Made by a program: the position numbers and the translations under genes. From NCBI GenBank assembly GCA_965205335.1, contig OZ242164.1:128001-192000 (forward strand): 64,000 nt of DNA, in the 5' to 3' direction. This document shows, piece by piece, positions 1 through 10,854 of this stretch (its first letter is position 1; every line of letters begins with the position of its first letter). The DNA is from Candidatus Woesearchaeota archaeon (GTDB lineage Archaea; Nanobdellota; Nanobdellia; Woesearchaeales; UBA583). The notes beneath the pieces were generated by a model. That model did no database searches. It saw only the letters and a program-made list of their open reading frames with translations, and had not been told where the DNA came from.

Positions 1-1815
1 TCTAATAAAAATTTAGTTATTGGTAAAAATAATTCAGGAAAGTCAAATTTTTTGGAGTGTATAGGGATGATGTTAAAACCAGGTCGGAGTGGAATGAATT
101 TGCCAGCATTTAATTCCGAATTAAATCATGAATCAAAGTATTTGAATCCAAAGGAACCAATAGAGATAGAGGTTAGGTTTGATATAACAGATAGTCTAGC
201 AAACTTACCTGAAGAAGTAAAAGTTTATTCATTTCAGGAGGTAGGAAGAACTTTCTTAGTACTTTCATTAGAAAAAAAAATAAATGAAGATGGTTTCTTT
301 TATATTGGTAATACTAATGTTACTTTTCCAGAATATGTAAAAACTTCAAGGTATATTTATTTTAATTGTATTATTGTTGATACAGATAGAAAGTTTGATA
401 AAAATATAAATTCTGATACTTGTTCTTCTATATTTGGAACAATTCTTTCGAATATGATTGGAGCCTTTATTGAAGCAAATAAAGGAAAACTACTTGATAT
501 TTCTAAGGAGAGTGATGAAAATTTCTCAAATAATTTTTGTAAAATGCTAACTTTATGGTTTGAAAAACAAATTATTGTTGATTCTACTTTTGATGAGGTA
601 AGAAGAGTTTTATTTAAGCATAAACATTGTATTAAGTGCGAGACATTAGATTTTATTAACAATGGATTTATAACTTTTGATTATTTGGAAAAGATCCTTA
701 AGAAATTATCAATCTTAATGGATGATGGTAATTTGCAAGAAATAAATCTAAAGGGAATGGGAATTCAAAGTACATTTTTGATTAGTCTAATATTAAAGTG
801 TAATATGTTTTTTAGAGTTCCTCCAATCATCTGTATTGATGAAGTTGAACTTCATTTACATCCTCAAGCTCAGAGAAGATTCAATTCAATATTAAATGAT
901 CTTTCTTCAAAAAATCAGTTAATACTCACAACTCACTCTCCAATTTTTATAACTGAGACAGATATCTTTAAGTTAATACTATTTAAGAAAGAAGAGTATA
1001 CTTCTTTATCTCAGGTCGGAAATAGAGAGAATTTAAATGAGGACATAGTAAAAAGGGAATTAAATGAGTTTAATTCTGAAATGTTTTTTGCAAGCGCAGT
1101 TATGTTGGTCGAAGGTTTAACAGATAAATTATTTTTTAGATATATTGCTAATAATTGTCTAAGTCAAGAATATAATTTTGATAAAAATAATATTTCAGTT
1201 ATTCCTATTGGGAGTAAAGATAATGGTAGAATATATTTACAGATTCTAAATGAATTTAATATTCCATACTTTGTTCTTTTAGATAAAGGTGGAGAGAATC
1301 AAATTAAGAAGTTAGAAAGAATTAATAGATACAGTAATAATTTGGTTTCTCTAAAAAAAGGAGAGATTGAAGATTATTATTCAGAGGAATTGATTATAAA
1401 GATAAAGTTGAAAGAAGTTCCAAATGTTAAAGATCTTCTAGCAGACAAATTAAATAATAAACCGAATAAAAAGACAATTGAGAAAGCTTGGAAAAAGATG
1501 ATCTTAGATCATTTGGAAGATTTTCCTAAAAACAGATTTAAGGAATTGAGTAAAGAAGATCAAAACAGATTGAATAAAGATATATCAAAATGGTTCTCCA
1601 AGGCTTTGAATGAACTAGTGGCAGATAAAGATTTTGAAGTAGAACCTAGAAGAAAGTATCAAATATTAGCCTCAATATTTGGCTCAATAGGAAAACCGAG
1701 GTTAGCACTTACTTTATTAAATTATATGGAAGATGAGAAGTATCTCGATAGTGAGATCATAGATATTATAGTTAGAGTGGTTGATTTAAGTAAACATCAA
1801 AGATCAAAGGGTTAG
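1..1815 (+). CDS. OLD-family ATP-dependent endonuclease (ABC ATPase + TOPRIM), 5' end outside the window
   Basis: Frame is open from base 1 with Walker A GKNNSGKS; IDEVELHLHPQAQ, TTHSP and TOPRIM LVEGLTD...LDK motifs. Confidence 0.85.
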   Translation, partial: SNKNLVIGKNNSGKSNFLECIGMMLKPGRSGMNLPAFNSELNHESKYLNPKEPIEIEVRFDITDSLANLPEEVKVYSFQEVGRTFLVLSLEKKINEDGFFYIGNTNVTFPEYVKTSRYIYFNCIIVDTDRKFDKNINSDTCSSIFGTILSNMIGAFIEANKGKLLDISKESDENFSNNFCKMLTLWFEKQIIVDSTFDEVRRVLFKHKHCIKCETLDFINNGFITFDYLEKILKKLSILMDDGNLQEINLKGMGIQSTFLISLILKCNMFFRVPPIICIDEVELHLHPQAQRRFNSILNDLSSKNQLILTTHSPIFITETDIFKLILFKKEEYTSLSQVGNRENLNEDIVKRELNEFNSEMFFASAVMLVEGLTDKLFFRYIANNCLSQEYNFDKNNISVIPIGSKDNGRIYLQILNEFNIPYFVLLDKGGENQIKKLERINRYSNNLVSLKKGEIEDYYSEELIIKIKLKEVPNVKDLLADKLNNKPNKKTIEKAWKKMILDHLEDFPKNRFKELSKEDQNRLNKDISKWFSKALNELVADKDFEVEPRRKYQILASIFGSIGKPRLALTLLNYMEDEKYLDSEIIDIIVRVVDLSKHQRSKG

Positions 1816-1920
1816 TGTTGCTGGAACTTAGGTACTCCTATGTATAAAATTTCTTTTATGAATATAGGATTATACCTATAAAAGAGAAGGTGCTTATTAC
1901 AGCAGATGTGGAAGAGGCTC

Positions 1921-2095
1921 TGTAATAAATTCGGATGTTTAATTAAATTTTGTATTATTTAATTGATAAGAAGGGAAACAAATACTCTATTCATTTTGTA
2001 ACTATTTTTCTTAATTCTGTCACAATATCGACCATTGCCATTGTATCTAATTCACAATACTCTTTGAGTGCTTTTCTTATTTTCTTAATTTCTAC
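1921..2095 (-). pseudogene. Remnant of the 3' end of a DUF2779 gene
   Basis: Similar to 36760-36925 (..EYCELDTMAMVDIVTELRK and downstream sequence). Confidence 0.65.
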
Positions 2096-2238
2096 TAGTG
2101 TGAATGAGATAGTTTTTTGAGGAGATAACATCTTTGATTTCTCTGTACTTTTACTTTTGGTTTTAATCATAAAATCTGTAGTCAGGTAAACAAAAAGTTA
2201 AGTTTTTTTATCCCTCCTTTATCTTTATGAAGCACATT

Positions 2239-2484
2239 CTATTCTTTTATGTTCCAATATCCACCCTTATCAGGTCCTATCCTTTCAATAATACCTTTCC
2301 TTTTCAGTTTATCTAATTGAAATTTAACCCCATCTTCACTAATTCCTACTAATTGAGATAATTCTCTCCTACTAACTTTAGGATTTTTCATAATCAAAGT
2401 AACTATTTTTCTAGTAGTTTTGTGAGTGATTTTCTGGGTAGTTTTCTGGGTAGTTTTCTGGGCAGTTTTCTGGGTAGTTTTCAT
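2239..2484 (-). CDS. Winged-HTH fragment (C-terminus of an AlbA/HATPase-HTH-type regulator) with 12-bp repeats
   Basis: NPKVSRRELSQLVGISEDGVKFQL...IERIGPDKGGYW; KTTQ repeats; near-identical copy at 25309-25530. Confidence 0.65.
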   Translation of the reverse strand: MKTTQKTAQKTTQKTTQKITHKTTRKIVTLIMKNPKVSRRELSQLVGISEDGVKFQLDKLKRKGIIERIGPDKGGYWNIKE

Positions 2485-2545
2485 TTGTCAAAAATTACTT
2501 TATTTATATAACACTTTAAGTTCTCTTGACTTTCCGGACAGAGCC
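2485..2545. mobile_element. Half of a family-1 MITE
   Basis: Ends in TTTCCGGACAGAGCC; interior matches the complete MITE at 61848-61974. Confidence 0.85.
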
Positions 2546-2637
2546 GAATACTCCAAAAATTTATAAATCTTTAAATAAATATATTAAAATAGTTGAGTCT
2601 ATTTTAGAAGTCTATGGATAAGAGAGGGAAGATTTAA

Positions 2638-3993
2638 ATGAAAAATACAATTAAGATAAACCCAAAAAAACTTAATTATCTAATTAGGTTGTTCCAATTT
2701 ACTCCAGAAAGCTTTTTAGAAGAGTTTAACAGAGGAAGAAAAAGAATAAAACTAACTAAAGACTTGTTAGATAAAATTTTACAATCTACTGAATTTAATT
2801 TAAAAGAAGATATTTTAAAACAAATAGATAAATTTTTTGAAAGAGGAATTTCATATTATACCGATTTTTTAACAGAGAAAGTTGTAAGCAAGGAAAAATT
2901 AGAAGAGGAATTAAAAGATAATGTTTTCTTTAGAAAAGATAAATTTAATTCAAATTTGAATTTAGCAAGTAAGAAGAAAGTAATTTATTATAATGAATTA
3001 AAAAGAAGGATAATAACTCTAACGAAAAACATTAATTTCGATTTAGAAAGGAAATTGAAAAATAGTTATTCAGTAAATGATAATCCAAGAGATGTTGCCT
3101 TAGACTTTAGAAAAAAATTTGTTGAAATAGAAAAAAAATTAAAAGAGTGGGGAGAGTTAAGGAATCCTGTCTTAATAGGAGAGAATAAAAGAATTAAGAA
3201 AGAGAGTAAATATCAGAAACAAAAAGAATTCTTAGAAAATCTTATCAGGGTTATTGAAGATTTTAATATTTTTGTATTTGAATTTGTTGAAAGAACAAAT
3301 TTAAAAGATGAAAATAAAATCAATTTTAATGGTCTTTATTTAGAACCTAACATTATTGTAATTAAAAGAAATCAAAAATATTTCAAAAGAGAAATATTTA
3401 CACTTCTTCATGAGTTTGCTCATTATATTTTAAAGAAAGAAGAAATTGACGATGAAACAGATTCAAATTTGATTGAAGATACAGAAAAGTATAAAATTGA
3501 AAAATGGTGTAATGATTTCACTTTCTATTTTTTAGATGAAAATGATTTTAAAAACAAAATAAAAAACTGCAAGATAGATTCTTATAAAAGTAAATTGGAA
3601 GAATTTTCAAGAGATTCATTTTTAAGTATTTATTCCTATTATATCAAATTAGAGGAAAGTGGAAAGATATCAAAAGAAGAGTGTAAACGAAAGATAAAGG
3701 AATTTGAGGAAAATAGGATTAAAAAAGAAGAAGAAGATAGGAGAAAAAATAAAGAAGAGGAAAGAGAGAAGATTATTAAAAAACTTGAGGATTCAAGAGT
3801 AGAACCAACAGAAGAGAATATTAAAAAGCATGCAAAAGGAGGATTCGGTATTCCAAAACCTATTGAAAGTAATTTATATACAAAGATAGCTGAGATTAAT
3901 TTTTCTGCTGGAAATATTGATGAGACAGATTTGTGTGGATTGTTATCCTTAAAAGAAAAAGACCTAAAAGAAAGAGGGGTTTTATTGGAATGA
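2638..3993 (+). CDS. ImmA/IrrE-family Zn metallopeptidase (putative antitoxin/regulator)
   Basis: REIFTLLHEFAH (HExxH) followed by IEKWCNDF; ATGA overlap with the downstream PIN-like gene. Confidence 0.85.
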   Translation: MKNTIKINPKKLNYLIRLFQFTPESFLEEFNRGRKRIKLTKDLLDKILQSTEFNLKEDILKQIDKFFERGISYYTDFLTEKVVSKEKLEEELKDNVFFRKDKFNSNLNLASKKKVIYYNELKRRIITLTKNINFDLERKLKNSYSVNDNPRDVALDFRKKFVEIEKKLKEWGELRNPVLIGENKRIKKESKYQKQKEFLENLIRVIEDFNIFVFEFVERTNLKDENKINFNGLYLEPNIIVIKRNQKYFKREIFTLLHEFAHYILKKEEIDDETDSNLIEDTEKYKIEKWCNDFTFYFLDENDFKNKIKNCKIDSYKSKLEEFSRDSFLSIYSYYIKLEESGKISKEECKRKIKEFEENRIKKEEEDRRKNKEEEREKIIKKLEDSRVEPTEENIKKHAKGGFGIPKPIESNLYTKIAEINFSAGNIDETDLCGLLSLKEKDLKERGVLLE

Positions 3994-4592
3994 GAATAAT
4001 AATTGATACAAGTAGTTTAATTTTCTTAAACAAGCATTTTTATTTTGATAAGTATAATATCAATAATAATTTTAATATTTTGTTAAATTTTATTAAATCT
4101 AAAATTGAAAACCATGAAATAGTTATAATTGATAAGGTTTTAAAAGAATTAGAAAGATTTCAAGGGAAAAATAATATAATTAATTATTTGAAGATTAATA
4201 ATGTTTGTGAAGTAAATGGTAAAGATATTGATTCCTTAATACATCAAAATTATTTAATAAAAAATGAGCAGAATTGTGGAGATATAGAAGAGGAGTTAAG
4301 AAGTTATAAATGGGAGAATGTAAATCAAAAAGGAGAAGAAATTAAAGGAAAATCAAACTATGCAGATTTGTTTTTAGTAAAGAAAGGGTTGGAATTTAAA
4401 AATAAAAGTAAAGAAGTTTTCATCATAACAGAGGAAAGTAAAAAGGATGATACAAAAATAATTGATAAAATACCAAATATTTGCCAAAAATATAAAATTA
4501 AATGTAAAAATCTGTCTTATTTGTTATTTGAAATTTATAAAGAAGAATTAGGATTTAAAGTAAGTATTAAGGCAGGAGAAAAAGGCAAGTAA
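3990..4592 (+). CDS. DUF4411-like PIN-fold protein
   Basis: IIDTSSLI, ADLFLV, IITEE..KIPNICQKY motifs; start placed at the ATG overlapping the ImmA stop. Confidence 0.8.
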   Translation: MRIIIDTSSLIFLNKHFYFDKYNINNNFNILLNFIKSKIENHEIVIIDKVLKELERFQGKNNIINYLKINNVCEVNGKDIDSLIHQNYLIKNEQNCGDIEEELRSYKWENVNQKGEEIKGKSNYADLFLVKKGLEFKNKSKEVFIITEESKKDDTKIIDKIPNICQKYKIKCKNLSYLLFEIYKEELGFKVSIKAGEKGK

Positions 4593-4632
4593 AAAAGAAC
4601 TAAAAAACAAAGAACTAATTTAAATCACTCTG

Positions 4633-6468
4633 TTAGAGATTAGAATCATTACAACAAGAACACATTCCACAATTGTCTTTCTCATAATCTTCTTCAAAGT
4701 ATTTTAAAATCTTTTTCCTTATACAACCTTCACTTGTAACACATTCTACAAGCAAATCCAATCTTTCCAAATTATTTTTTAAGATAGTATCAAATTTATC
4801 AAGTAAAGGAGAGTAATCAAAATCCAAAATGTTTTTTTCTCTTAAAACAAGAGTCTTATATTTGGGTTTAGAAAATTTCAGACTTCCTTTTTTTCTCAAG
4901 TAGTTGAAAATTTCTTTGATTCTAAAATAATTTAAATTTGTCTCATTCATAATAAGTTGTAGATTTATATATTTTCTTCTACTATTTTTAAAAAATTCAC
5001 AATTTCCTATTTTTTCTAATTCCTCTCTATATTGTGGATTTTCCTTAATTATTTCAGAAAAATTTTTTCTAAACCCAGAATTAGGTTCAAATTGATAAAG
5101 AATATTATGATATGCTTTTATAATACCAACTTCTTCTAATCTATGTAAAATCAAGTTACTTGCAATCTCATTAACTTCAGATTTATGAGAAATATCCTTT
5201 GCAGATGTGAAAAAATATTTATCACCTTTACTTTCCAAATATGAAAGTATATCTTTTAGTTGATCTTCATTAGGCCACCCTCTTTTTAATAATTTCCTAA
5301 TCTTAGACTTATCGCTATCATCAAACAAAAAAATACACTTGGAATCTTTACCATCCCTTCCTGCTCTCCCAATTTCTTGATAATAATTTTCTACTGAATG
5401 AGGGATATTGTAGTGAATAACTTTTCTAATATCTGATTTGTCTATACCCATTCCAAAGGCTATAGTTGCAACAATTATATTTCTATTCCCATTCATAAAG
5501 TCATTTTGTGTTTTTTCTCTTTGTTCTAATGGTAATCCAGCATGATAGTAAGAACATTTTATACCCTCCTGACTTAAAGCTAATGCAATATCTTTTGCTG
5601 TTTCTCTATAACTTACATAAATTATAACTGATTCTTCTAAATTCTTTTTCAATATTTTAATTAGAAAATCTTTTTTCAAATCATCTTCCATTGGATAAAA
5701 TTTTATGTCTAAATTAGGTCTATCAAAAGATGTTTTGAAAACTTTGAATTTACTTTTAAACGTTTTTTCAATATCTTTTTCCACTTTTTCTGTAGCAGTT
5801 GCTGTAAGTCCTAAAACTTTTGGATTATTTAACTCTTCAATAATTTCAGGAATTCTCAAGTAATCAGGTCTAAAATCTTGTCCCCAAGTTGAAATACAAT
5901 GTGCTTCATCAACTACAAATAGATTAATATTTACTTCTTTTAATACCTCCAACAATCTTTCTGTTTTTAGAAACTCTGGTGAAATATATAATAAATCTAC
6001 TTTTCCTTTTTTAACTAAATCTAAAATTTCCTCTTTTATGTTCTCTGGAAGTGTTGAATTTATAAAAAATGCACTATAAATGTCTTTTTTGTTTAAGTTA
6101 TCAATTTGATCCTTCATCAAAGCAATTAGAGGACTTACAACAATAGTTAAACCTTCTTTAACTAACATTGGAATTTGAAAACATAAAGATTTTCCCCCTC
6201 CTGTTGGCATAATCCCCAATATTCTCTTATCTTCCTCATTGAGGATATTATTAATGATTTCCTTTTGTTGTGGCTTGAAATCATTATATCCAAATACTCT
6301 TTCAAGAATATAATCTGGAGAGTAATTCTGATATGAAGCAGAAGAATTCCTTCTACACTTCTCAATTAAATCTAATATTCCATCTTCATATTTTTTATTG
6401 TCAGTTGTAAATCCTTTTCTCTTCCTTTCTTCTTTAATTTCCTCAATAAATCTTTCTGCTTCATCCAT
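4633..6468 (-). CDS. recQ: RecQ-family ATP-dependent DNA helicase
   Basis: MPTGGGKSLCFQ, DEAHCISTWGQDFRPDY, ATIAFGMGIDK, QEIGRAGRDG and C-terminal Zn motif CIR...CGMCSCC. Confidence 0.93.
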   Translation of the reverse strand: MDEAERFIEEIKEERKRKGFTTDNKKYEDGILDLIEKCRRNSSASYQNYSPDYILERVFGYNDFKPQQKEIINNILNEEDKRILGIMPTGGGKSLCFQIPMLVKEGLTIVVSPLIALMKDQIDNLNKKDIYSAFFINSTLPENIKEEILDLVKKGKVDLLYISPEFLKTERLLEVLKEVNINLFVVDEAHCISTWGQDFRPDYLRIPEIIEELNNPKVLGLTATATEKVEKDIEKTFKSKFKVFKTSFDRPNLDIKFYPMEDDLKKDFLIKILKKNLEESVIIYVSYRETAKDIALALSQEGIKCSYYHAGLPLEQREKTQNDFMNGNRNIIVATIAFGMGIDKSDIRKVIHYNIPHSVENYYQEIGRAGRDGKDSKCIFLFDDSDKSKIRKLLKRGWPNEDQLKDILSYLESKGDKYFFTSAKDISHKSEVNEIASNLILHRLEEVGIIKAYHNILYQFEPNSGFRKNFSEIIKENPQYREELEKIGNCEFFKNSRRKYINLQLIMNETNLNYFRIKEIFNYLRKKGSLKFSKPKYKTLVLREKNILDFDYSPLLDKFDTILKNNLERLDLLVECVTSEGCIRKKILKYFEEDYEKDNCGMCSCCNDSNL

Positions 6469-6507
6469 ATCATTAATTAATAATCAGAAAATTTTTAAAA
6501 CTTTGTG

Positions 6508-7314
6508 TTAAAAAGGTTTTTGAGTCTTCTCTTTAAACCATCTTATGAAATTTTTTGTTTTTAAAGAATTTGCTGGAGGAGCAGGTAATTGCAAAAGTTT
6601 CCCATGGCGACAAAAATAGATAGAAATTGTCTTTATTTCTAAATATTTATCTGCTTCATCAATTCCTCCTATGAGGGAAAGAATATAGTAACCTATTAGT
6701 TGGTGAAAGTCTTCTTTTTTGAGTTTGAGGTTTTTAGTTGTTTTGAAATCTATAATTTGGTTATCTAGAATAATATCTGCATCTGCTCCTCCAACCAACC
6801 TAGATGCTTTACCAAAAGTTGGGTTAAGCAAACATATTTTGTTGGCGGTAAATAAATTCTTGTCAACTAAGTTAATTAAATTTCTTAAGTCTTGAATATC
6901 TCCTTCATCAACCTTGTCAATGTTTGGATCAATATAACCAGCTCTATAAATTAGATCTATTTTTGCTAATAAAATAGTTGTTTTTAAAACATCATCAGAT
7001 AAGACTCCATTTTCAAGATACTTCAGATAGACTTTCTTAGCGTTATCTACTGTCTTTTTCAGTTTGTTTTTTAAAACATCACCAGGGATTCTACTTAGGG
7101 CATTTTCTGCTACCCATTCTTTGGTTATTGCGTTTGGATTACTCCGTTTGATGTAAAAACGGAGTAAATAATCAAAAGCTGTTCCAACCAAACCATAATG
7201 TTTAGTGATAGGGGGTGCTTTTAATTCTGCTTTAAGTTCAATTTTAGGCAGTGGAAATGTTTCTACAAATTTCTTTCTCACATCAGGATTTTTTATGAAT
7301 GAAGTTAAACTCAT
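6508..7314 (-). CDS. PD-(D/E)XK nuclease-like protein
   Basis: GTAFDY; ADADIILDNQIIDFKT; QLIGY. Confidence 0.7.
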   Translation of the reverse strand: MSLTSFIKNPDVRKKFVETFPLPKIELKAELKAPPITKHYGLVGTAFDYLLRFYIKRSNPNAITKEWVAENALSRIPGDVLKNKLKKTVDNAKKVYLKYLENGVLSDDVLKTTILLAKIDLIYRAGYIDPNIDKVDEGDIQDLRNLINLVDKNLFTANKICLLNPTFGKASRLVGGADADIILDNQIIDFKTTKNLKLKKEDFHQLIGYYILSLIGGIDEADKYLEIKTISIYFCRHGKLLQLPAPPANSLKTKNFIRWFKEKTQKPF

Positions 7315-7649
7315 AACATTTTGTTAATGAGGAATTTTATATAAAGGTTTGTGAAGTTGATTGATTTGTCTAACTTATTGTTCTTATTTTGATATTTGTA
7401 AGAATAGATAAATCAAATTTATAGAGAACGCTAAATATTTATTATCCCACCATCTAAGTACTAAATAAATTAGATAAAAATTAAATAATAATCCAATTGA
7501 AACAAACTTAAAAAATAAAATGTCTGATAAAAATACTTGAAAAACAAAAAAATTAGAAGAAAAGAAAAAAATTATTCATCAAAAATTGCTCTATTTCTTG
7601 AATTTCTGAACGGAGTTTATAGTTGAAGATTATACTATAGTGAGGATTA

Positions 7650-8576
7650 TTAATCTTTATATTTTCCAAATACTTTACTAAACTTCTCGGATGTGACCAT
7701 TAACCATTCCAAATGATAATCCCTATTATAATCAGTTATTATAAAATTTTCTTTAGTTGCTTTAATTCTTGATGCTTTTTTACCTTCTAATTGCATCCAT
7801 TCTAATTTCATATCTAATTCTTTTTCTATCTTATCTTTATTACATTCAAATTTGTAATATAAATCCTTTGAGTCAGGAATATAAATCTCAGTTCCTATTT
7901 GGTTTGTTTGTGAATTAATAGTTAATGCAATATGACTTTCCGAGCTTCCATAACTTAGATCTAACCAATGTTGAGGATGTGCTTTTCTAAATCTTAGCTT
8001 AGAACCTTTTTCCTTACAATATTCTTTTAGTTTATTCCAAAACTCTAATTGCATTAATTGGGTATCAGAGTACCCTCCTTTTCTCTGAGAGGTTTTAATT
8101 GCTTTAGCCCATGAGTTAGGTTTTGAGATTACTTCAAATTTAGGTGCAAAATCAGAATTTCCAATTTGCCATAGTTCCATTTTAATTGCAAAGAAATTTA
8201 ATTTTTCATCGGTGTGTTCATTTAACCAATCAATGGCCTGTTTGTGTTCATCTCTTACATTTTTAACTAGCCAAATAACAATTTCAGCATCATGTCCTGA
8301 AGCATAAGTAATAATTTTACCTAAATGATCATGGTTTGTATTTTCTAATTGATTTTCAATGATTATTTTTCTACCTGTGATTTCTTCTTCTGCTAGAATA
8401 TCCACATTATATCTTCCAACACTTGCTTCTGTTTCTATTACTTTAATTCCTACATCTATTTCTTCACTTAGAATTGCCAGATTCTCTTCTTCAACTAGCC
8501 AGTTTGTGAAATCTAATGCTTCATTTTCCCATGCTTTTCTCAAATCTATTTTTTTCAACTTGCTCAATTTTACCAT
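7650..8576 (-). CDS. DUF4268-domain protein with N-terminal nuclease-like domain
   Basis: EALDFTNWL, VDILA, IIIENQLENTNHDHLGKIITYA; C-terminal QLEFW...PQHW. Confidence 0.85.
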   Translation of the reverse strand: MVKLSKLKKIDLRKAWENEALDFTNWLVEEENLAILSEEIDVGIKVIETEASVGRYNVDILAEEEITGRKIIIENQLENTNHDHLGKIITYASGHDAEIVIWLVKNVRDEHKQAIDWLNEHTDEKLNFFAIKMELWQIGNSDFAPKFEVISKPNSWAKAIKTSQRKGGYSDTQLMQLEFWNKLKEYCKEKGSKLRFRKAHPQHWLDLSYGSSESHIALTINSQTNQIGTEIYIPDSKDLYYKFECNKDKIEKELDMKLEWMQLEGKKASRIKATKENFIITDYNRDYHLEWLMVTSEKFSKVFGKYKD

Positions 8577-9119
8577 AAGGTATTATTAATTTAATTCTTT
8601 ATAAAGGTTTCTTTGCTTCTTCAAATTTTGAATAGTACTTTTTCATTTTTTTCATAATAAACTCGTTTTTAATCTATGAGATAGTTAAATCATTTAGAAA
8701 GAATTCAAGAAAAATTTAGAGTTCCTGTTTCTGTTATTTCTACTTTAACTCATTTATCTTCCTCCAATTGTTCCTACTTTTGACATTACAAAATCATATT
8801 TATTGAGTTCAAATTTCTTTTTATACTCTAAAATTAATTCTCTAATTTCTTCAGCTGACTTTTCATTAAAAACAAACTCTGAATTCTCACTTTTTAAAAC
8901 ACCTTCTTCATCTTCTATAAGATGACCTAACATATTCCTTTTTTCTAAAACTTCTTCGTAAAACTCACTTTCTTCAAATTCAATACTTAATCCTAATTTC
9001 TGTATTTTTCTTAAATTTTAGAAGAAACTTTATATGAAACTGAAGTAACTAATAAAAGAAGAAGGGTTGATAATTATAGAACACTATAAGTCTATACAAC
9101 TTCAACCATATAATCAACC

Positions 9120-9170
9120 ACACCAATTATTGGCAAAATCATACCAATTATTGGCATATATTTATAAATA
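9120..9170 (+). promoter_or_regulatory. Tandem palindromic operator (CCAATTATTGG x2) followed by a TATA box
   Basis: caccaattattggc-aaaat-cataccaattattggc then tatttataaata; related orphan copy at ~35083-35130. Confidence 0.6.
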
Positions 9171-9189
9171 AAAAAAACCATTTACTTTT

Positions 9190-9339
9190 ATGAGTGAAAC
9201 AGAAAACAGGATTTTTGAAGTATTCTTTGAAACAAAGCAGGAAAAAATTTATTTTAATGAACTTCGTAAACTGACAAAATCATCTAACTCCTCCCTTCAG
9301 AATGCTTTAAATAAACTTGAGAAAGAAAAAACAAATTAA
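9190..9339 (+). pseudogene. Truncated HTH-nucleotidyltransferase antitoxin (5' fragment)
   Basis: MSETENRIFEVFFETKQEKIYFNELRKLT.. resembles the N-terminus of 21709-22326. Confidence 0.6.
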
Positions 9340-9476
9340 AAACATTATATTAATGATTAAAAGAAATAAGAATAAATTCTTAACAGAACCTTATTTTTGG
9401 GTTCTGTTTGTTTTTGGAGACCTGAGATATTCTTGAATTTCTGGATAAAGCCTCTCTTAATCATTGTTTAAGATTT

Positions 9477-10061
9477 TTAACTTAGTTTTGAATTTTCAAA
9501 GTCTTCTTTTTTAATTAAAACTTGTTTTAAAACACACTGTGACAATTCGTTTGAACGGGAAAAATCAGAATTTCTTTTTTTATCATAATATGTATATAGT
9601 ATAGTTTTTACGTTTTCACTGTCAATGTCTTTGATTACTGGTACAAAATCACTATCACAAGCAATTAATATTATTTTTTTTATATCAGAGAATTTGTAGG
9701 GTGTTTTTGATAAATCCATAGTTAAATGAGTATCTACACCTTTTTGAGTATATACAAATTTTCTATTCTTTTTCACTCTTTGGACTCTTCCCTCTCTAAT
9801 TGTAATGTTATTTCCAAGAGATAATTTGTGTACAAATTTATCATAGTTCTCTTTCTTTATGCTTTGTTCTCTAGTTGGTTTGCTTGAGATAAATGGAGGG
9901 GCTGTATAGTAAAATATATGTTCAACTTTTAATCTTTCTTTTTTTGCAAAGATTTCTGCTAATCTGAATATGTCATATTTTAAATATTTACCATTTCCAT
10001 AGTGTAAAGCTAATTTTGATAGAAATCCTGCATCAATAAAAATTAGAGTTTTTTCTGACAT
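9477..10061 (-). CDS. NYN-domain (LabA/DUF88, PIN-like) ribonuclease, class 1
   Basis: IFIDAGFL, FYYTAPP, QKGVDTHL, IACDSDFVP. Confidence 0.9.
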   Translation of the reverse strand: MSEKTLIFIDAGFLSKLALHYGNGKYLKYDIFRLAEIFAKKERLKVEHIFYYTAPPFISSKPTREQSIKKENYDKFVHKLSLGNNITIREGRVQRVKKNRKFVYTQKGVDTHLTMDLSKTPYKFSDIKKIILIACDSDFVPVIKDIDSENVKTILYTYYDKKRNSDFSRSNELSQCVLKQVLIKKEDFENSKLS

Positions 10062-10101
10062 AGAAATTCAACGTTAGAATTATTTATAAAGTTTTTCAGA
10101 A

Positions 10102-10154
10102 GAGGTGTAGAACTCATCTAGAAACCCCACCTCAAGATCTCTAGGGTGCATGTT
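10102..10154 (-). ncRNA. Putative pseudoknot sRNA upstream of NYN (class 1, copy 1)
   Basis: S1 CUAGAGAUCU/GGGUUUCUAG, S2 GAGGUG/CACCUC; own TATA box at ~10175-10184; covaries with the copy at 18039-18093. Confidence 0.65.
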
Positions 10155-10250
10155 AATTATTGTAATAATTCTATATTTATATAGTTTTCTATGTTTTCTT
10201 ACTTTTCTAAACTTTCTATACTGACTTAGGGTGTTAGGTGGATATTTTGC

Positions 10251-10836
10251 TCAGTTTCTTGTTCCCTCAAATTCCATTGAAAAGATTCTAGTGTAGATTG
10301 TAACTTTTACTCCTTTTTTTCCTTTAGTGAATAAATTTAAGGTTCTATCGTCTATGTAGTTGTCTATTAGTTTTATTGATTTTTTGGCATTTCTTATTAG
10401 GTCTGAGATAAATTTGTGTGCATCAAATAGTTGTCCTTCAAAGAATATTCCTTTTTGGGGTTTTATGTCAGGGTTTTTAAGTAGTGAGAATATTTTGTTG
10501 AAGTTGGTGTCATAGTCCAATAATTTGTTCTCAATAACATTTAATCTATATAGCATATCTTGATTTTCAGAAATAAATTTTTTCATTTCTATGAATGCAT
10601 TTATTATCTGAATGCTTATTTTGATTGCGGTTTTGCTGTGGAGTACTGCTGAGAGCATTGAAACTCCTTGTTCTGTAAAGACGTAAGGTAATTTTCTTCT
10701 CCCTCCATGTTCATAACTTGAAGTCACAATTTGTGACGTCAAGATTTCATATTCATGTTTAGTCATTTGGAACATAAATTCCTTTGGAAATCTCTCAATA
10801 TTTCTTTTTACTGCCTGATTTAGCACTTTTGTTTCA
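10251..10836 (-). pseudogene. 5'-truncated ORF6N-domain gene
   Basis: Near-identical to the 3' part of 18182-18868 but lacks the N-terminus. Confidence 0.8.
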
Positions 10837-10854
10837 TATAATGCAGTGTCCCTT

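Noticed and set aside
1-1815. Gabija system
   Set aside because: An OLD/GajA-like nuclease is present, but no UvrD-like GajB follows it within the window
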